In this document: positions 26,732 through 39,593 of the stretch, piece after piece
Position numbering within the stretch: position 1 is the stretch's first letter
Layout: each line of letters starts with the position of its first letter
Assembly: GCA_907165135.1 (NCBI GenBank)
Contig: OU015568.1
Span: forward strand, 13,516,001-13,580,000
Length of the DNA stretch: 64,000 bases
Direction: 5' to 3'
Source: Oikopleura dioica
Taxonomy: Eukaryota; Animalia; Chordata
The notes under the pieces: model-generated
The model's database searches: none
What the model was told of the DNA's origin: nothing
What the model saw: the letters and a program-made list of their open reading frames with translations, nothing else
Made by a program: the position numbers and the translations under genes

Positions 26732-27322
26732 CTGAATTTGAAGGTTAGTTGACGAGTACCTACTCGCCGTACAGAAATTTTCTTAAGTATTGTTATGCAG
26801 CAACAACCGAGTAGGAAGATTATTAATTTCAGATTAATCTACTGAAGATATGGTTTTTGAAAAAAGGAAGGGCTCTTAGCCCGAATTTCAAATAAAGTGT
26901 TAGCAGATCTATAAGATCACTCGACTATTTTATTCTATAAAGTTAGAATTTAAGATAAAAGTCCAACCTTTTTTTCAATCTTATCGACTTATGGTTATCA
27001 TGTTTCAAACCCAGAAACTTAAAATGCAGGTGCATTTTTACGGTCGTATTAAACTCTCTGACTGTACCTTTTTTCGACATAATTTAGACTCTGCGGTTAG
27101 GGGGTGAGTCGCGTGCCAGAGTACCCAGTTCGAAGGTAGAACAAATATTTATCACTGCTTTATGTGTATTTACTGATAGAGAAATTATTTGGCAAAGCTA
27201 AGCTGGCTTCGTATCTTTTTCACTGATTTATTAAAGTTCGGGATTTGAAGTCAATTGAATTCTGGTTCTTTATGGGGTCCTTCTTGATGCAGGCTCATTT
27301 TTCTTGACATCTTTGAAGGTTG

Positions 27323-28770
27323 TTACATTCTGTTTTCTTCTGTTCCAAGAAGCATATTTTGTCGAGTTTGGTCCAAAGCCTTGTGGAATTTTGAATCGCG
27401 CTTGAATGTCAAAGGCCACTGGAGAAAGAAGGGCTTTAAATTGTTAATTAGATTCGATTAATTCAGAACTAACCAGTGAAGATACAATTAATCCAGCAAC
27501 AATAGTAAAGTTGAACCCGTCAAGTTCTCCAAGAGATCTTCTGCGATCGATGATCGGTTTTTCAGCAAAATTGATGAGTCCTCCTATAATTTCAATAATT
27601 GCATACGCGACTCCCATCGTAGAATAAGGGAAGCAAATCTCGATGCTGAAGACTTCGTAAAAATACCCGATTCTCATTGCGATTGAAAACGAAATAAAAA
27701 CAAGCCACAAACTAGCGACTGACGCTTGGATAACTCCAACGATCATCAATCCAAGAGAAACAAAGAATAATAAAAATGGCCATATCAGCTGGACTAGTCT
27801 CGAGTCATATTTTTCTTGGTTATACTTGTCCCTCAGAAACTGCATCGTAAAACCAAGGAAAGGAGATGCTGCTGTCGCGATAACTGTCTTGGTGATGTTG
27901 AAGTGGCTCAGATAATCTTCATATGTGCTGCCGGAAGACTCAATTTCTTCCTTTCTATCGTAAATGAAATCGTTAATGAGTGAGAGAGTCAGGTGTGAAA
28001 CAAAGTTACAAACTGAGAAAACAATCACAGAACACTGGCGAAGCAAGACATCTCAGAGTCGTTTTGAAATTAGTAAATGGCGAGTTTTTCAATTTTTCGA
28101 CGAGTTGTTTCTTTGCTCGTATGACTGAAATCAGCGTAGTTCCATTTCGATCCTCATTCGTAACAGTATACCATGGCATAAATGCGGCGCCGGTAAAAAT
28201 AGAAAGAAATATTTGACCAGCCCAAATGAGAGAAATTTCTCTTGAAGTTAAACTTGTTCTGTCGCTTATGACTTCCCAGAGTTGACCCATGAACTGGCCC
28301 AGGTGACCTGCGGAGGTCGTCATTGTTATGAGAAAGAAAGACCAATTGAATAAGCGCGCATTAGGAAATATTCCTATTTGCAAAGATATTCCGGCGCCAT
28401 ACTGAAGAACCCAAGCATACAGAAGGTTATCGGACTTTCCGGGAACTGCTTGCCACATGAGCAAATATGAAAGCACCAAAACTAGTTTTGTGATAATAAC
28501 AGAAAACCCAGGACCAATTAAATCTCTAATAAAGCCTTTGAGGATGAAAATAATGATACCACAAAAAGAGGCAGCATAAACCATGATTTCTGAGATCTTC
28601 GCATTTTGCGATGGACAATTTTCTATCTCGTCTGATTGGCAATTTTGCCTAAAGTAGCCTTCTTTTTTGTACATTGCTGTATGTGCGCTCCAGCCAAAAA
28701 TCAGCATTACATGGAGAACTGCATCAAATAAACCGAGGCTGAATGCAATAGTTTTTTGTAAAAAATTCAT
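27323..28770 (-). CDS. SLC43 (LAT3/LAT4)-like MFS transporter with an apparent internal frameshift
   Basis: MLIFGWSA..YKKEGYF..C..Q pattern typical of the SLC43 N-terminus; many TM segments; ORFs 28006-28770 and 27444-28046 overlap in different frames; last exon ends TAA 27323-27325. Confidence 0.65.
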
Positions 28771-29044
28771 AATTCTCTATTTTTCAATCTGACTTTCTCT
28801 GAGGCGGTCGATAAATTAACGATTAGGAATGATATTTTACGACATTTAAATTGGACTTTTATGGGACAAATGTGAATGGTTAAATAATTCTAGTTTGTTA
28901 GTATTTCAGTGACAACAAGAATCCATTGGTGAACCAAAAAACAATGTGCGGTGGAAATATCCGGGTAGCTAGAATAGTGCTCATGTAATAAGAGGCTTTC
29001 TGAATGCCCCTTTCGCTAATAAACCGGCAATATTTCGGATTTAA

Positions 29045-30598
29045 ATGGAATATTCAAACAAATATTTTATAATTTTTCTGTTTCTCCTTCTCATCCCTTA
29101 CTATTCAGTTCTTCATTATGAGCCGGAAAAAGCCCCCAAATACGCGAAATCGTTTCTCGAGAAAAACATAGAGAAGAACGTTGAAATGACGAAGGCAGAT
29201 AAAAGAGAAGAAAATATAAAATTTTACGTTAACACTGGTTCATACTGGAATAAGACATCGGTGGAGATCGAAACGGAAATTCTTTACAAACCAAAGTATA
29301 TTGACGAAGCAACCGATCTAATCTTCGGTGTCAAGTCTGAATGGAAGAAGAGGGAGCGACGAGATGCTGTTAGAAACACGTAATTAAAACATCCAAGACT
29401 CTACTTTCTATTCTTAGTTATGGAAACCCAGTTCATTACAAAAAATATGGATTCACGGCTAAATTTGTCTTCCTCTTCGGGCTGCCACCAAATGGCTCTT
29501 ATCTATCAGAGCTTGAAGAACACGATGATATTATCGTCGGAGATTTCCACGACAGCTTCCAAAATCTTACTTACAAGGATTCAATGTTCTTTACTTGGAC
29601 TTACGAGGCAGTGCCGAATCTTCTCTTCTGCTACAAGGGGGATGATGATATTCTTCTCAATCCATTTAAATTCTCAGAGGTCCTACTCAGCCACAAGCAT
29701 GTTGTCGATCCTGTTCTCTGGGGGAATAGAGGCCAAGGCCCACGACTTGGGAAACGGGGTTCATATGTTTCTTCAAATTTCAAATCAAAATTTCATTTAC
29801 ACCTTTTCAATCATGATTTATAAGCAAGTCATCAAACCCATAAAAAGGGAAGATTATATCGGAAGTGGCTGGGACAAATACGTCGACCTCGTATTCAATG
29901 AAGACTACTATCCGCCATACGTTTCTGGAGCAAGCTTATTTATGAACAAAGCAGCAGTGGATGTTATAAAAGAGAACATTCGAAAAATGCCAATGATTCC
30001 GATTGACGATGCTTTTCTTGGAATCTGCTTGCGTGAGGGTGGATACAGCGGAAATCACGTCGTTAATGTCCCTCATATGATAAAAGTAAAATTAAATAAT
30101 AGAAAGGTTTGATATTTTTAAGTTTCTCGGCGCCGAAAAGATGGATATCTGTGTAATAGAAAATTCAAAAGCGATCCATAAATTCAAACCGGATCAACTC
30201 GAATGCATCTGGCCTCTGTTCATGAAACATAGAAACAAGTGTGGGACTGAAGAAGAGAAGAAAATTCAAAATGTTGGTCATGTTTGCGATCCAGTTATGG
30301 TAAAAGATATAATCCTACAGAAAAATCATTAATTCAGTTCTGGTATGAGTCTGCGAACATAAAGGAGCCCCTCGGCGAGGATGACAAAAACTACGGAAGA
30401 TGTGGCGGAAGTTTCAATTTTTCTTCTTGCTATAAAAACAAAGAAGATTGGAATAATAGAAACTCAGGTCCTTGTTGTTCTCCAAATGGATTCTGTGGAC
30501 TTACCCATCAACACTGTGCTTGCGACACTTGTTTTGATGCTAGAACAGAGGAGATGAAAGAAATGGAGTTCTGCTGCAAACATATTGAGATTTCATGA
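29045..30598 (+). CDS. GT31 (beta-1,3-galactosyl/GlcNAc-transferase) type II membrane glycosyltransferase with C-terminal hevein/CBM18-like domain
   Basis: N-terminal TM; RDAVRNT, DFHDSFQNLTYK, KGDDDI (DxD), YPPYVSG, IDDAFLGICL; final exon joined in phase 0 (PVM|FWY) encodes GRCGG...GPCCSPNGFCGLTHQHCACDTC. Confidence 0.85.
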
Positions 30599-30726
30599 AA
30601 GGAATGAAAAATCAAGCTTGATTTAGGCTTTGTCTATTAATTCCGTAAACAGTCGGTAACGTAGGCAAAGATTTCAATAACACACTTCATGGGCGATATA
30701 TAATCGAAGAGGATGAAGATGGAACG

Positions 30727-30969
30727 TCATATTATCGACAATACACTCGCATCGAGAAATCGACAGTTATGTCCGAACCTTTCATTGATCCATTTTACAT
30801 AAGAAGGGAAGAAAGCGGATGGGTAGTGCAAACAAAAGAAGGAATTCTGGCAAATGCATGGGTAAGACTCTTCCTTGATCTCATTTTTGTTGATTTCATA
30901 TTCAGAATTACCAAGAGCAGTCAGAAAAGTGCATAAGACTAGGGAAACTTGGAGGCCAAGAAAACGCAC
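30727..30969 (-). CDS. Possible small hypothetical coding exon
   Basis: 80-codon ORF with a hydrophobic N-terminus, but no ATG start and no recognised motif. Confidence 0.2.
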   Translation of the reverse strand: MRFLGLQVSLVLCTFLTALGNSEYEINKNEIKEESYPCICQNSFFCLHYPSAFFPSYVKWINERFGHNCRFLDASVLSII

Positions 30970-31681
30970 GAGTATGGTGTGTCGAGTATTAGAGTACTGT
31001 ATATTTTAATCTTTTCTGTACGGAAGATTTTTTGCTGAAATTTTATAAAATATAAAAAGACGTCACAAAGCAAAATTCATTTAATTGCTTTCAAGGCATA
31101 TTGTTGACCCTCATAAAGGAGCCGGTGAAAAGGAAATTTCTTCTGAAATATTTTATGGCGTTCACGATTCCTCCATTGAAAGTGCTTAACCAGCTACAAA
31201 AGAAGTTTAAGAGCAGTATAAATGTTCTATTATGCGGGTAGATAGCAAATTCAGTCGTTCTATCAATGTGGTTTTCTCAGAGCCCGCAATCAGACAGGCC
31301 AACTAGTATAATTTAAGGATCCCCAAGTACAAAATTTGATTGACAGAATATTTCGCAATAAAACTGGCCCTATGATAAGTAATATTTGTTTACTTCAAGT
31401 TATTGGCGTCAGATTAAAGACAAGACTCCCCGACTGTGTGCATGAGAATGCGACGCAGAAGCAAAACAAAAGTGGCCATATATTATGATCCTGACATAAC
31501 CGTTTTCCAGAAGTCGACATATTTGCATGAAAAAGTCCCAACTCTATTTTCTTCAAAACGCGGCAGGAGTGCGCCACTGCCACCTTGGCAAACGTTGTAA
31601 ATGACAAGAACCAACAAGCGCCGATAAAAATGCATCTGACTGCCAGAAACTTCTTCATAAGTCCAAGACTCTCTTTTTTCG

Positions 31682-34600
31682 ATGAGGTCGATATTCGCCC
31701 TTTTGGGCTTGGCGACCGCCTGCTCGAAGGACTCGGGGAGTCTCTTCGGCTGGACTGTCGACGATCTCGAAGTTGAAGTAGATAACCTCAAGACAAGAGC
31801 TGACTCTTCAGAAAACGATATCGCAGCTCTACGATCTACAGTTGACTCTCTTACGAAGAGAATCGAGGGAATCGAAGGATCACTCGCATGCCCAGGTTCG
31901 TTATTAGTAATAAGTTATTACTTATTTTGTAATAGGAACTTCTGTAAGTAAATCGAATTATTTTCTTTAGCTGGTTCAACTCTTGACACATGTAAATGCT
32001 CTGCTGGCTCTATCTCCCTCCCATGGGTTAACAACGGAGGATGCGTTGACGAATCCGCATATGTCTGCCAGCAAGAGAAGAAGAACTACAACAACTGGCG
32101 ACTCCCTCGAACTGCCGATGGCAAAGCTGTCACTCAGCCTTCCCATTACAATGTCAAGCTTCATCTTCCCGGTCTGTACGAAGAAGATAAAATTGATGGT
32201 GCGTTTCATTTTTCTGGCGAAACCGAAGTCCTTTTTACGGCAAATGAAGACATTTGTTTCTTCAGTTTGCATTTGGAATATAAGCTAGGGCTCTTTACTC
32301 ATAATTATAAGGCCATTTGATTTTTCTCATAGTTCTGTTTACATAGCCCTATGTGAAGCCAAAAGTGTCTAGGGTAATCTTAACTGTTGGCGGCGTTGAC
32401 GTCCCTGTCACATTTAATCTGAACGCGGAGTACCAATACCTGACAGTCTATTTGGATCACAAAATTACTGCCGGCTCTGAAGTGAGCGCGATTGTTCACT
32501 ACGAGAATGAAATTCCTACTGGAACTAAAGGTCTTTATTTGTCGCACTACACTAACCCCGCTGGACAGAAGCGATATCTCCTTGCAACGCAGTACGAGTC
32601 AACTGCTGCTCGAATGACATTCCCATGCTTCGATGAACCAGATCTCAAAGCCACCTTTGATTTTGAGATAAGCTACATGTACAAAGAATATACAGCAATC
32701 TTCAATATGGATCCAGCAGGACCACCAACACAAGTCGGGGACAGATACACCGTCAAATATCAGCGAACAATGAAGCTTCCGACGTATCTCCTTGCCATGC
32801 TCATTTCCGACTTCAATCTTGAATCTTCGGGCGTAAGCGCTGATGGAGTCAAAGTTCGAATTCTCGGTCGACCTGAGTGGGCAAATGAGACAAAATGGGC
32901 TTTGGAAGATACTCTCGCAGTCGTTGATGGTCTTTCCGAAAAATTCGGCTACAAGTATTGCGATTCTTTCCCAGGATCAGCTGGGGCTAACGGTAACTGC
33001 AAGTCGGATCAAGCCAGTATTCCTCAATTCGGTGCTGGTGCAATGGAAAACTGGGGTCTTATTACTTACAGAGAATATTACATGCATATTGATCAAGCTC
33101 GTGATCCCTTCCGAAGAAAGTACTACTCTACATCTATCATCGGTCACGAGCTCATCCATCAGTGGTTCGGTAATTTGGTAACATGCCCTTGGTGGGATGA
33201 AATTTACATCAACGAGGCTTTTGGGTCAATCGGTGGCTATCTTGGATTAATTTATTCGAAGAGCCACGAAAAGATCAACTACCAGTGGGAAGACGAGTAC
33301 TTGATCGATGAAGGTTACAGAGGCATGTACACTGACGGAACCGCTCTCTCCCGACCGATGGTGAATAATGTCAACAATGGCGAGCTCAAGGTTGAGACTC
33401 CCCAAGAGTGCTCCAATCAATTCGACAATATCGCCTATCCAAAATCTGGAAGCGTCATGCTCATGATTCGAGCTGTTCTTGGTGATGATCTCTGGACAGA
33501 AGGACTTCGAAACTACCTACAAATGATGAAATTCGATGTCTCCACTGGTGACAATCTTTTGACTTTCTGGGATGGCGTCGTTAATGATCAAGTGAAAGCA
33601 GAAAAACTCGGAGGAATGACTCCATCAGAGGCTTTCGAGCCGTTCTTCAAACAAATGGGCCTTCCGGCACTTAAGATTAACGAGTTCTACGACGAACTTG
33701 GAAACTTGAAAATCTCCGTGTCGTCGAGTCGTTATTTGAATACCAAACATAATAAACTCCACCCCTCAAGTTCGTTTAAATACATCTGGAATGTCCCGGT
33801 CGTATTTCGGGAGAATGGCGTCGACACCTTCCACTGGATCAAAGCTGGTGAAACGAACCAAGTTTACGAGTTCGATATCTCTGAAAATACAGTCATTGAC
33901 CCAGAGTCAAATATCTGGATGAGAATCAACTTCAACCAACAATACATCGACCGCGTTACCAACTTGACTGGAAAACGTCAAGCCAGATCAATTTCAAAAA
34001 TGATCCGTGATCACATGACTTTCCTGACCGAAGAAACTCGAGATGAGTATGATGTGGATCTTGAAAAAGTACTGTCTTTGCTTGCATTGATCGATCCTAC
34101 TGAAGAAGTTTCGGATAAGAAGATAAGATGGGGACAATGGGCTGAGCTCTCTCAATTAATGAACAGCAAAGTCTGGAATGTATTCATCGCTTACCTTTCA
34201 AATGTCGACGCGGGAACAGTCGAAGAAGATCTTTACAAGACTTTCACAGGTCATATTCAGAGCCTCGTCAGTTTCTGGAAGACAGATGGTCTCTATCCAG
34301 ATGTTCAACTTAACGATCCTGCTGAAGACAAATGGTATGGAGACTGGTCAAGACTCAACCAGTTCCTACTTCCTCTTGCACGTCGATTCGATTCCGCTGC
34401 TTTCGCCGTTGATGCTATTGATTATATAAGACCCGTGGTTTCTGGTTCTAATGACTTTATGGAGTTGTCCCCTGACTCAAGAGCTGATTCCTTCTATGCT
34501 GCCGTCCAAGCAGGCAATCAGGATACGATTCAATTTGCCCTTAATAAAATCAACGAAGCTGTTGACAATGGAATGGACATCAATTACATCAGATTGTGCA

Positions 34601-37600
34601 GAAGTACTGACAGCGCTAGCTCTGTATCCGTCGGCCTCTACACTGGCGACTGCCGAGAAAATGTTTACTTTATCGCGTTGAGTTTCTCAAAGGATATCAC
34701 AACTGTTGCTGATATCGCGTCAAAACTGCCCAAAGATCTCGTTGGATATTACTACATCAATGTTGCTGCGCGAGATGACATGGCAGTATCTGTTACTCGC
34801 CATATTCAGAGCCAGTCTGCAATGGACATTGAGAAAAATTGGGTTTCAGGTCAATTTACTAGCTTTGTCGAGACTTCTTGCAACTACTTTTCGACGATGG
34901 AGCACAGGCAACTTCTCCGAGAATGGTCGAACAAAGCATGGAACGCGGAGTTCCGAAGCAGCCTGTCAGCTTCGCTCACAATTTGCCAAAATACAATAAC
35001 AGCTAACGAAGAGCTAATGGATCTTCACTACGAATCATTTACAAGATTCTACTGCAAAATGGACACTCTGAGTTGTGGCGAAGACCTCGTTGGCTCTCCT
35101 TCCTCATATAACTCTTGGTATCTTCCCAAGAATTCAATGGGTGAATCTCACTACAAGCCTACCCAATACTACGTCGATTTGAATATTCGAAATTTGACAG
35201 ATGGCGCTCAAGAAGAAGGCAACTTCTACTACGATGGTACAAGCCAGGTTGAATTCACGAGCAGCGTAGCTCTCGATTCCATCCACATTCACGTGGACAA
35301 AGAGGAGCTCATGAAAATCACTGGATACGTTGTAAGAGCAAATGGAAAAGTCGTTCCCGTCCGAAAAACTGACCACAATTCTAACCGATTCCTTTTCTCA
35401 TTTTATTTGGATGCAACAATTCCTGCTGAAACACCCATTTCACTGATCATGAACTATAACGTCCAGCTTACTCCTGCTACCGAAGGCCTTTACCTCAGCA
35501 ATTACGAAGACAAAAACACTGGCGAAACACTCTATCTTCTTGCTACTCAGTTTGAATCTACTCATGCTAGAGAATGTTTCCCCTGCTTTGATGAGCCCCA
35601 GCTCAAGGCGCAATTCAAATTTTCGATTGAGTTTGACCTAGGCAAAAGACAAGATTACACTGCAATTTATAACATGGATGTTGAAAACAGCGTTGCTTTA
35701 CCTAATAATCGCCGGAGGAACTACTACTTTAATAGCATGCCAATGCCGACCTACTTGATCGCCATTCTTGTTAGCCCATTCAATACAGAGTCAAAAGGTA
35801 TTTCTCCAGGAATAAATGCCGGTGTTCGTATCCTTGGAAGACCAGAATGGAAGGATGATACAACATATGCACTAAATGAAGCCAAGAGTATAGTCGATAA
35901 TTTCTCAAATTATTTCGACTGGGACTATTGCCACGCTTTCAAAGAAAATCCTCAGAATGATGCTCTTGGAGAGCTTATCTGTAAAACAGATCAAACCGGA
36001 ATCCCGCAGTTCCGATCTGGTGCCATGGAGAACTGGGGTCTCATAACATACCGCGAGTACTATCTTCATTACAACCCTCAGCGAGACAACAATCTTGTAC
36101 GAAGAACCGTCACAAGAATCGTTGGCCACGAGCTCATCCACCAATGGTTTGGTAATCTCATTACTTGTAAATGGTGGGATGAGATTTACATCAATGAAGC
36201 TTGGGGATCGATTGGAGGATATCTCGGTCTTCAACAAGCTGAATCGAATGCTAATGTTGAATACGAATGGGAAGATGAATACCTAACGACCCAGGGATAC
36301 ACCGGTTTCACTTATGATGGCAGAAACACAAGCCGTCCAATGGTCAACAATGCCAACAACGGTCTTCTTAAAGTTGAAACACCTAATGAAATTAGCATTC
36401 AATTCGATAGTATTGCTTACAACAAAGCTGGTAGCGTCATGATGATGATCAGAGAAGTCATTGGCCAAGATAAATGGCAGAAAGGTCTCAGAAAATATCT
36501 GAAAGATAATCAATATACAAACCCAACTTGGAGAGAGCAGCTTCTTGCTTGGGATCAAGTTGTTCCAGATTTCAAAACGAATGCAATTTACGGCGAAAAT
36601 GATATCAACAAACCAGAAAATATCACAGAAGCTTTCAAGCCATATTTCTTACAAATGGGTTATCCTCTCTTGAAAATTGAGAAAAATACAGGAAACAAGT
36701 ACACAATCAAGCATTCTCGATTCATGAGTAATGAAGGAGACCTCTCTAAACCAGACAGTGACTTTGGCTACCAGTGGAACGTTCCGGTCATTTACACGAA
36801 TTCAGCAGGTGGTGATAGAAAAATTCAATGGATAAAAACAGCGTGTAAAGAAACCATTACAACTTTGACCCTCTTTGAAAACGCTATCATCGATCCCAAT
36901 GCTAATACATGGCTTCGAATCAAATTCTCTGATGCTATCCTCTCGTAAACACAACCAAAATTAACGTTCTTTATTTTATTTCAGTGACTATGCCAAAAAC
37001 GACCAAGTAAACAAGCGTCAAGCCGCAAAAATTGCCCAAGATGCTTACCAAATGGCTGTTTCGCCACGATACAACGGAGTCGTCAAATATGCAGATGTTA
37101 TGCAGGCAACAAAGCTTTTTGCCAAGTTCCCAGCTGAAAAGCAAAACTGGATCGTTTACCGAGAAATGACCTACTTGAATACTTTTGCTTCTCGCCTAGT
37201 TGCTGCAACAATGGACGAAGACTCAACTACCGGCCAGGCAGAATTCGCAGAGGCTTTTAGAAGCTACATGTTTGACCTGGCGAATAACAATGCTATCCAT
37301 GATCCATTAGACGATTACAACGTTAATGCAGAACGATGTTACCCTGATGAAGATGAAGGCCATGCCCGTGATGAGTCGAAGGTAAACTAAATTTATATAA
37401 TTGTAGCTTATTCGTTCTACATTTATAACGTGATTTTCTCAGGCACGAATGGCTCCATATGTAACGCAAACGCAACTCTACTACGCTCCAACTAGTGAAA
37501 CTTTCTTTGATCAAGCAGAACGACTGGCCAATAAGCTTGTTAATGGAGCACTTCCATTCTTGGAGCAATCTGCTGATACAAGACCGGACACTTTTATCGG

Positions 37601-38319
37601 TGCAGTCATCAAAGAAGAATCGGCTTTTATAAACGACCCTGTTGATGCCCCTGTTATAAACCATTTTGTCAACGAGCTTCAATCTCAGACTAATACTGAC
37701 TTCAAATGCTCAAGTACTCAATTGAGCTACCCACTCTACAGTACTCAAAAGAATCTCAATTGTGAGCTTCATCGATACTGGAACGCTCTACTGTAAGATA
37801 TTTGAATAGTTCTGACGAATTCTAATCTTCATTTAGGTCCATTCGAACAAGAAATGGCTATTACAAGCTTTACAAAATGCTACCGGTCGAACTTCAGCCA
37901 GTTTATACTGTGGACGCAGCGGCAAACAAGTATCTTTACCGTTTCATTGTTGATTCTTTTGCAACTAAAAAGACAACACAAGAAGTAAAAGATTACCTAC
38001 AAACTCCTGGACGGCTTAACGTAAGTCTTTCTATGAGCAACCATTCTCTATTCTTGTCGTTTAGAGTCTGATTTCGAATTCGTGTTCTTACATGACCATT
38101 CAATCCGACTACGATCTTCAAAATAGCTGGTCAGACGAATTACTTGACTGGACCGATGATTCTGGAGTCAATATCAGAGAAACACGTGATAATTGCTTGC
38201 TCAACATTCTCAGTCGAGCATCAAGCTTCGAGCAAGACTACATAAGTGTCCGAGAATGGCTTCGAGCAGAAACTTCAGCAACCTGGGGAACTGACACAAT
38301 TCAATTCGCAAAACCTTGA
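31682..38319 (+). CDS. Secreted tandem (two-domain) M1 aminopeptidase N-like protein
   Basis: Signal peptide MRSIFALLGLATA, coiled coil and Cys-rich segment, then two M1 units, each with TQ(Y/F)EST.AR..FPCFDEP, GAMENWG, GHELIHQWFGNL..x18..NE and FD.IAY.K; one 4.6-kb exon 32347-36945. Confidence 0.93.
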
Positions 38320-38615
38320 TAAGTGCCTCTCTCTTAGCTATAATAAATATTCCTAACAATCATGTGTTTTATAAATTGTCTGAACCATTTTATTATTTTT
38401 ACTCGGTATTTTAATTATTTCGAATAGATCTGATTGATTTTTTTAAACAAGTCGTAGTCCCGCTTAGTTTAATTTGACAACAGCTCAGATTTATCTCTTT
38501 GTTATACAAAAAATATTAAGATCCGTGGTACCCAGATTAATAGACAAAATATGAATAAATTTTTCAAAGGCGATTCTGATTTATATACAAAAAATAGAGC
38601 AAAAGTAAAGTGGAT

Positions 38616-39075
38616 TCATTTTCGGAGACGCATCAAAACGACGCACTTTTTGAACTGATTCCAATCGTTGATACTAGCATCGGGCGACTGCACTCTTTTT
38701 TCGTAGTAAAAGCAGAGACAGTAATTCGGGCAGCCGTCGAAATTGTTTGATTTGAGAATGAAGCATCTAAAATTCTTTGAAACACGGATCCAATAAACAA
38801 CTTACTTACTTTTTACAGGCGTCTCTTACTGGATTATTTTGAGAAAGCTGAGTGTGTCGTGTAGATCGCCCGCCGGATTTTTTTATGTCCGGCATTAGAT
38901 TTGTATAAGTCTGATGGCTTCCATAGTTCGTGCCTATGAAAGATCTTCGTTGACAATATCCCTTCGCCTGGCAAATTCTCTCACTTCTCGTCATTCTCAT
39001 ACATGTACTGCACGTTGTACTGTTACTATTTATTATGTCAAGAACACAAGAAAAAATTATCAATCTCAGCAGCAT
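38616..39075 (-). CDS. Small secreted Cys-rich hypothetical protein
   Basis: MLLRLIIFSCVLDII signal-like start; CCA|gtaaga donor joins in phase 0 to NFRCFILKSNNFDGCPNYCLCFYYEK...LRK*. Confidence 0.5.
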
Positions 39076-39593
39076 TTTTATCTCTAATTGGGTTTTGTCG
39101 TCTAACAGATGCGTAAAAAAGTATCGTGCGGGAAGCTCAGGTGGCGCAAGAGCGGACTCATGAGTCGTTTCAAAACATGATACCGGAATAACTTATTCCA
39201 AATAAGATAAAAAAACGTCTATTGTAAAAAGCCTATGCGTTGTTCTTTGTTATCTTCTAATTCGCCCTTGACGATTACCGTTTTAAATCGTGTGCATTAC
39301 CGCATTATCTAAAGTACCTTATCACTAAAACATTTGGCTGCCAGACAGTTCCTTTAGAACAGTGAACTTATTTGGCATTTCTGAACTTTTTGCAATTTTA
39401 TTATTTTTCGGGCATTTTGGTTAAAGCCTTTGAAAAACGAAAGAAAAATAGAATTGCTCTCATCTTTATTTGCATTTCAATGACTGTGGTTGTGGCAACG
39501 CGCTTTTGTCTTCGCCCTCGATTCCTCAATTTTCATAAGTTAATTTGTTTGACTGAAGATCAAAAAGAGTAAAGAGGAAAGAAAAATGTGAAG

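Noticed and set aside
27085-27140. GTTCGAA B-box-like motif
   Set aside because: No cloverleaf or A-box could be built
31395-31791. Minus-strand and alternate-frame ORFs around the aminopeptidase start
   Set aside because: Explained by the plus-strand signal-peptide exon at 31682
39156-39167. 12-bp palindrome GACTCATGAGTC between divergent genes
   Set aside because: Could be a bZIP-type site, but is short enough to arise by chance
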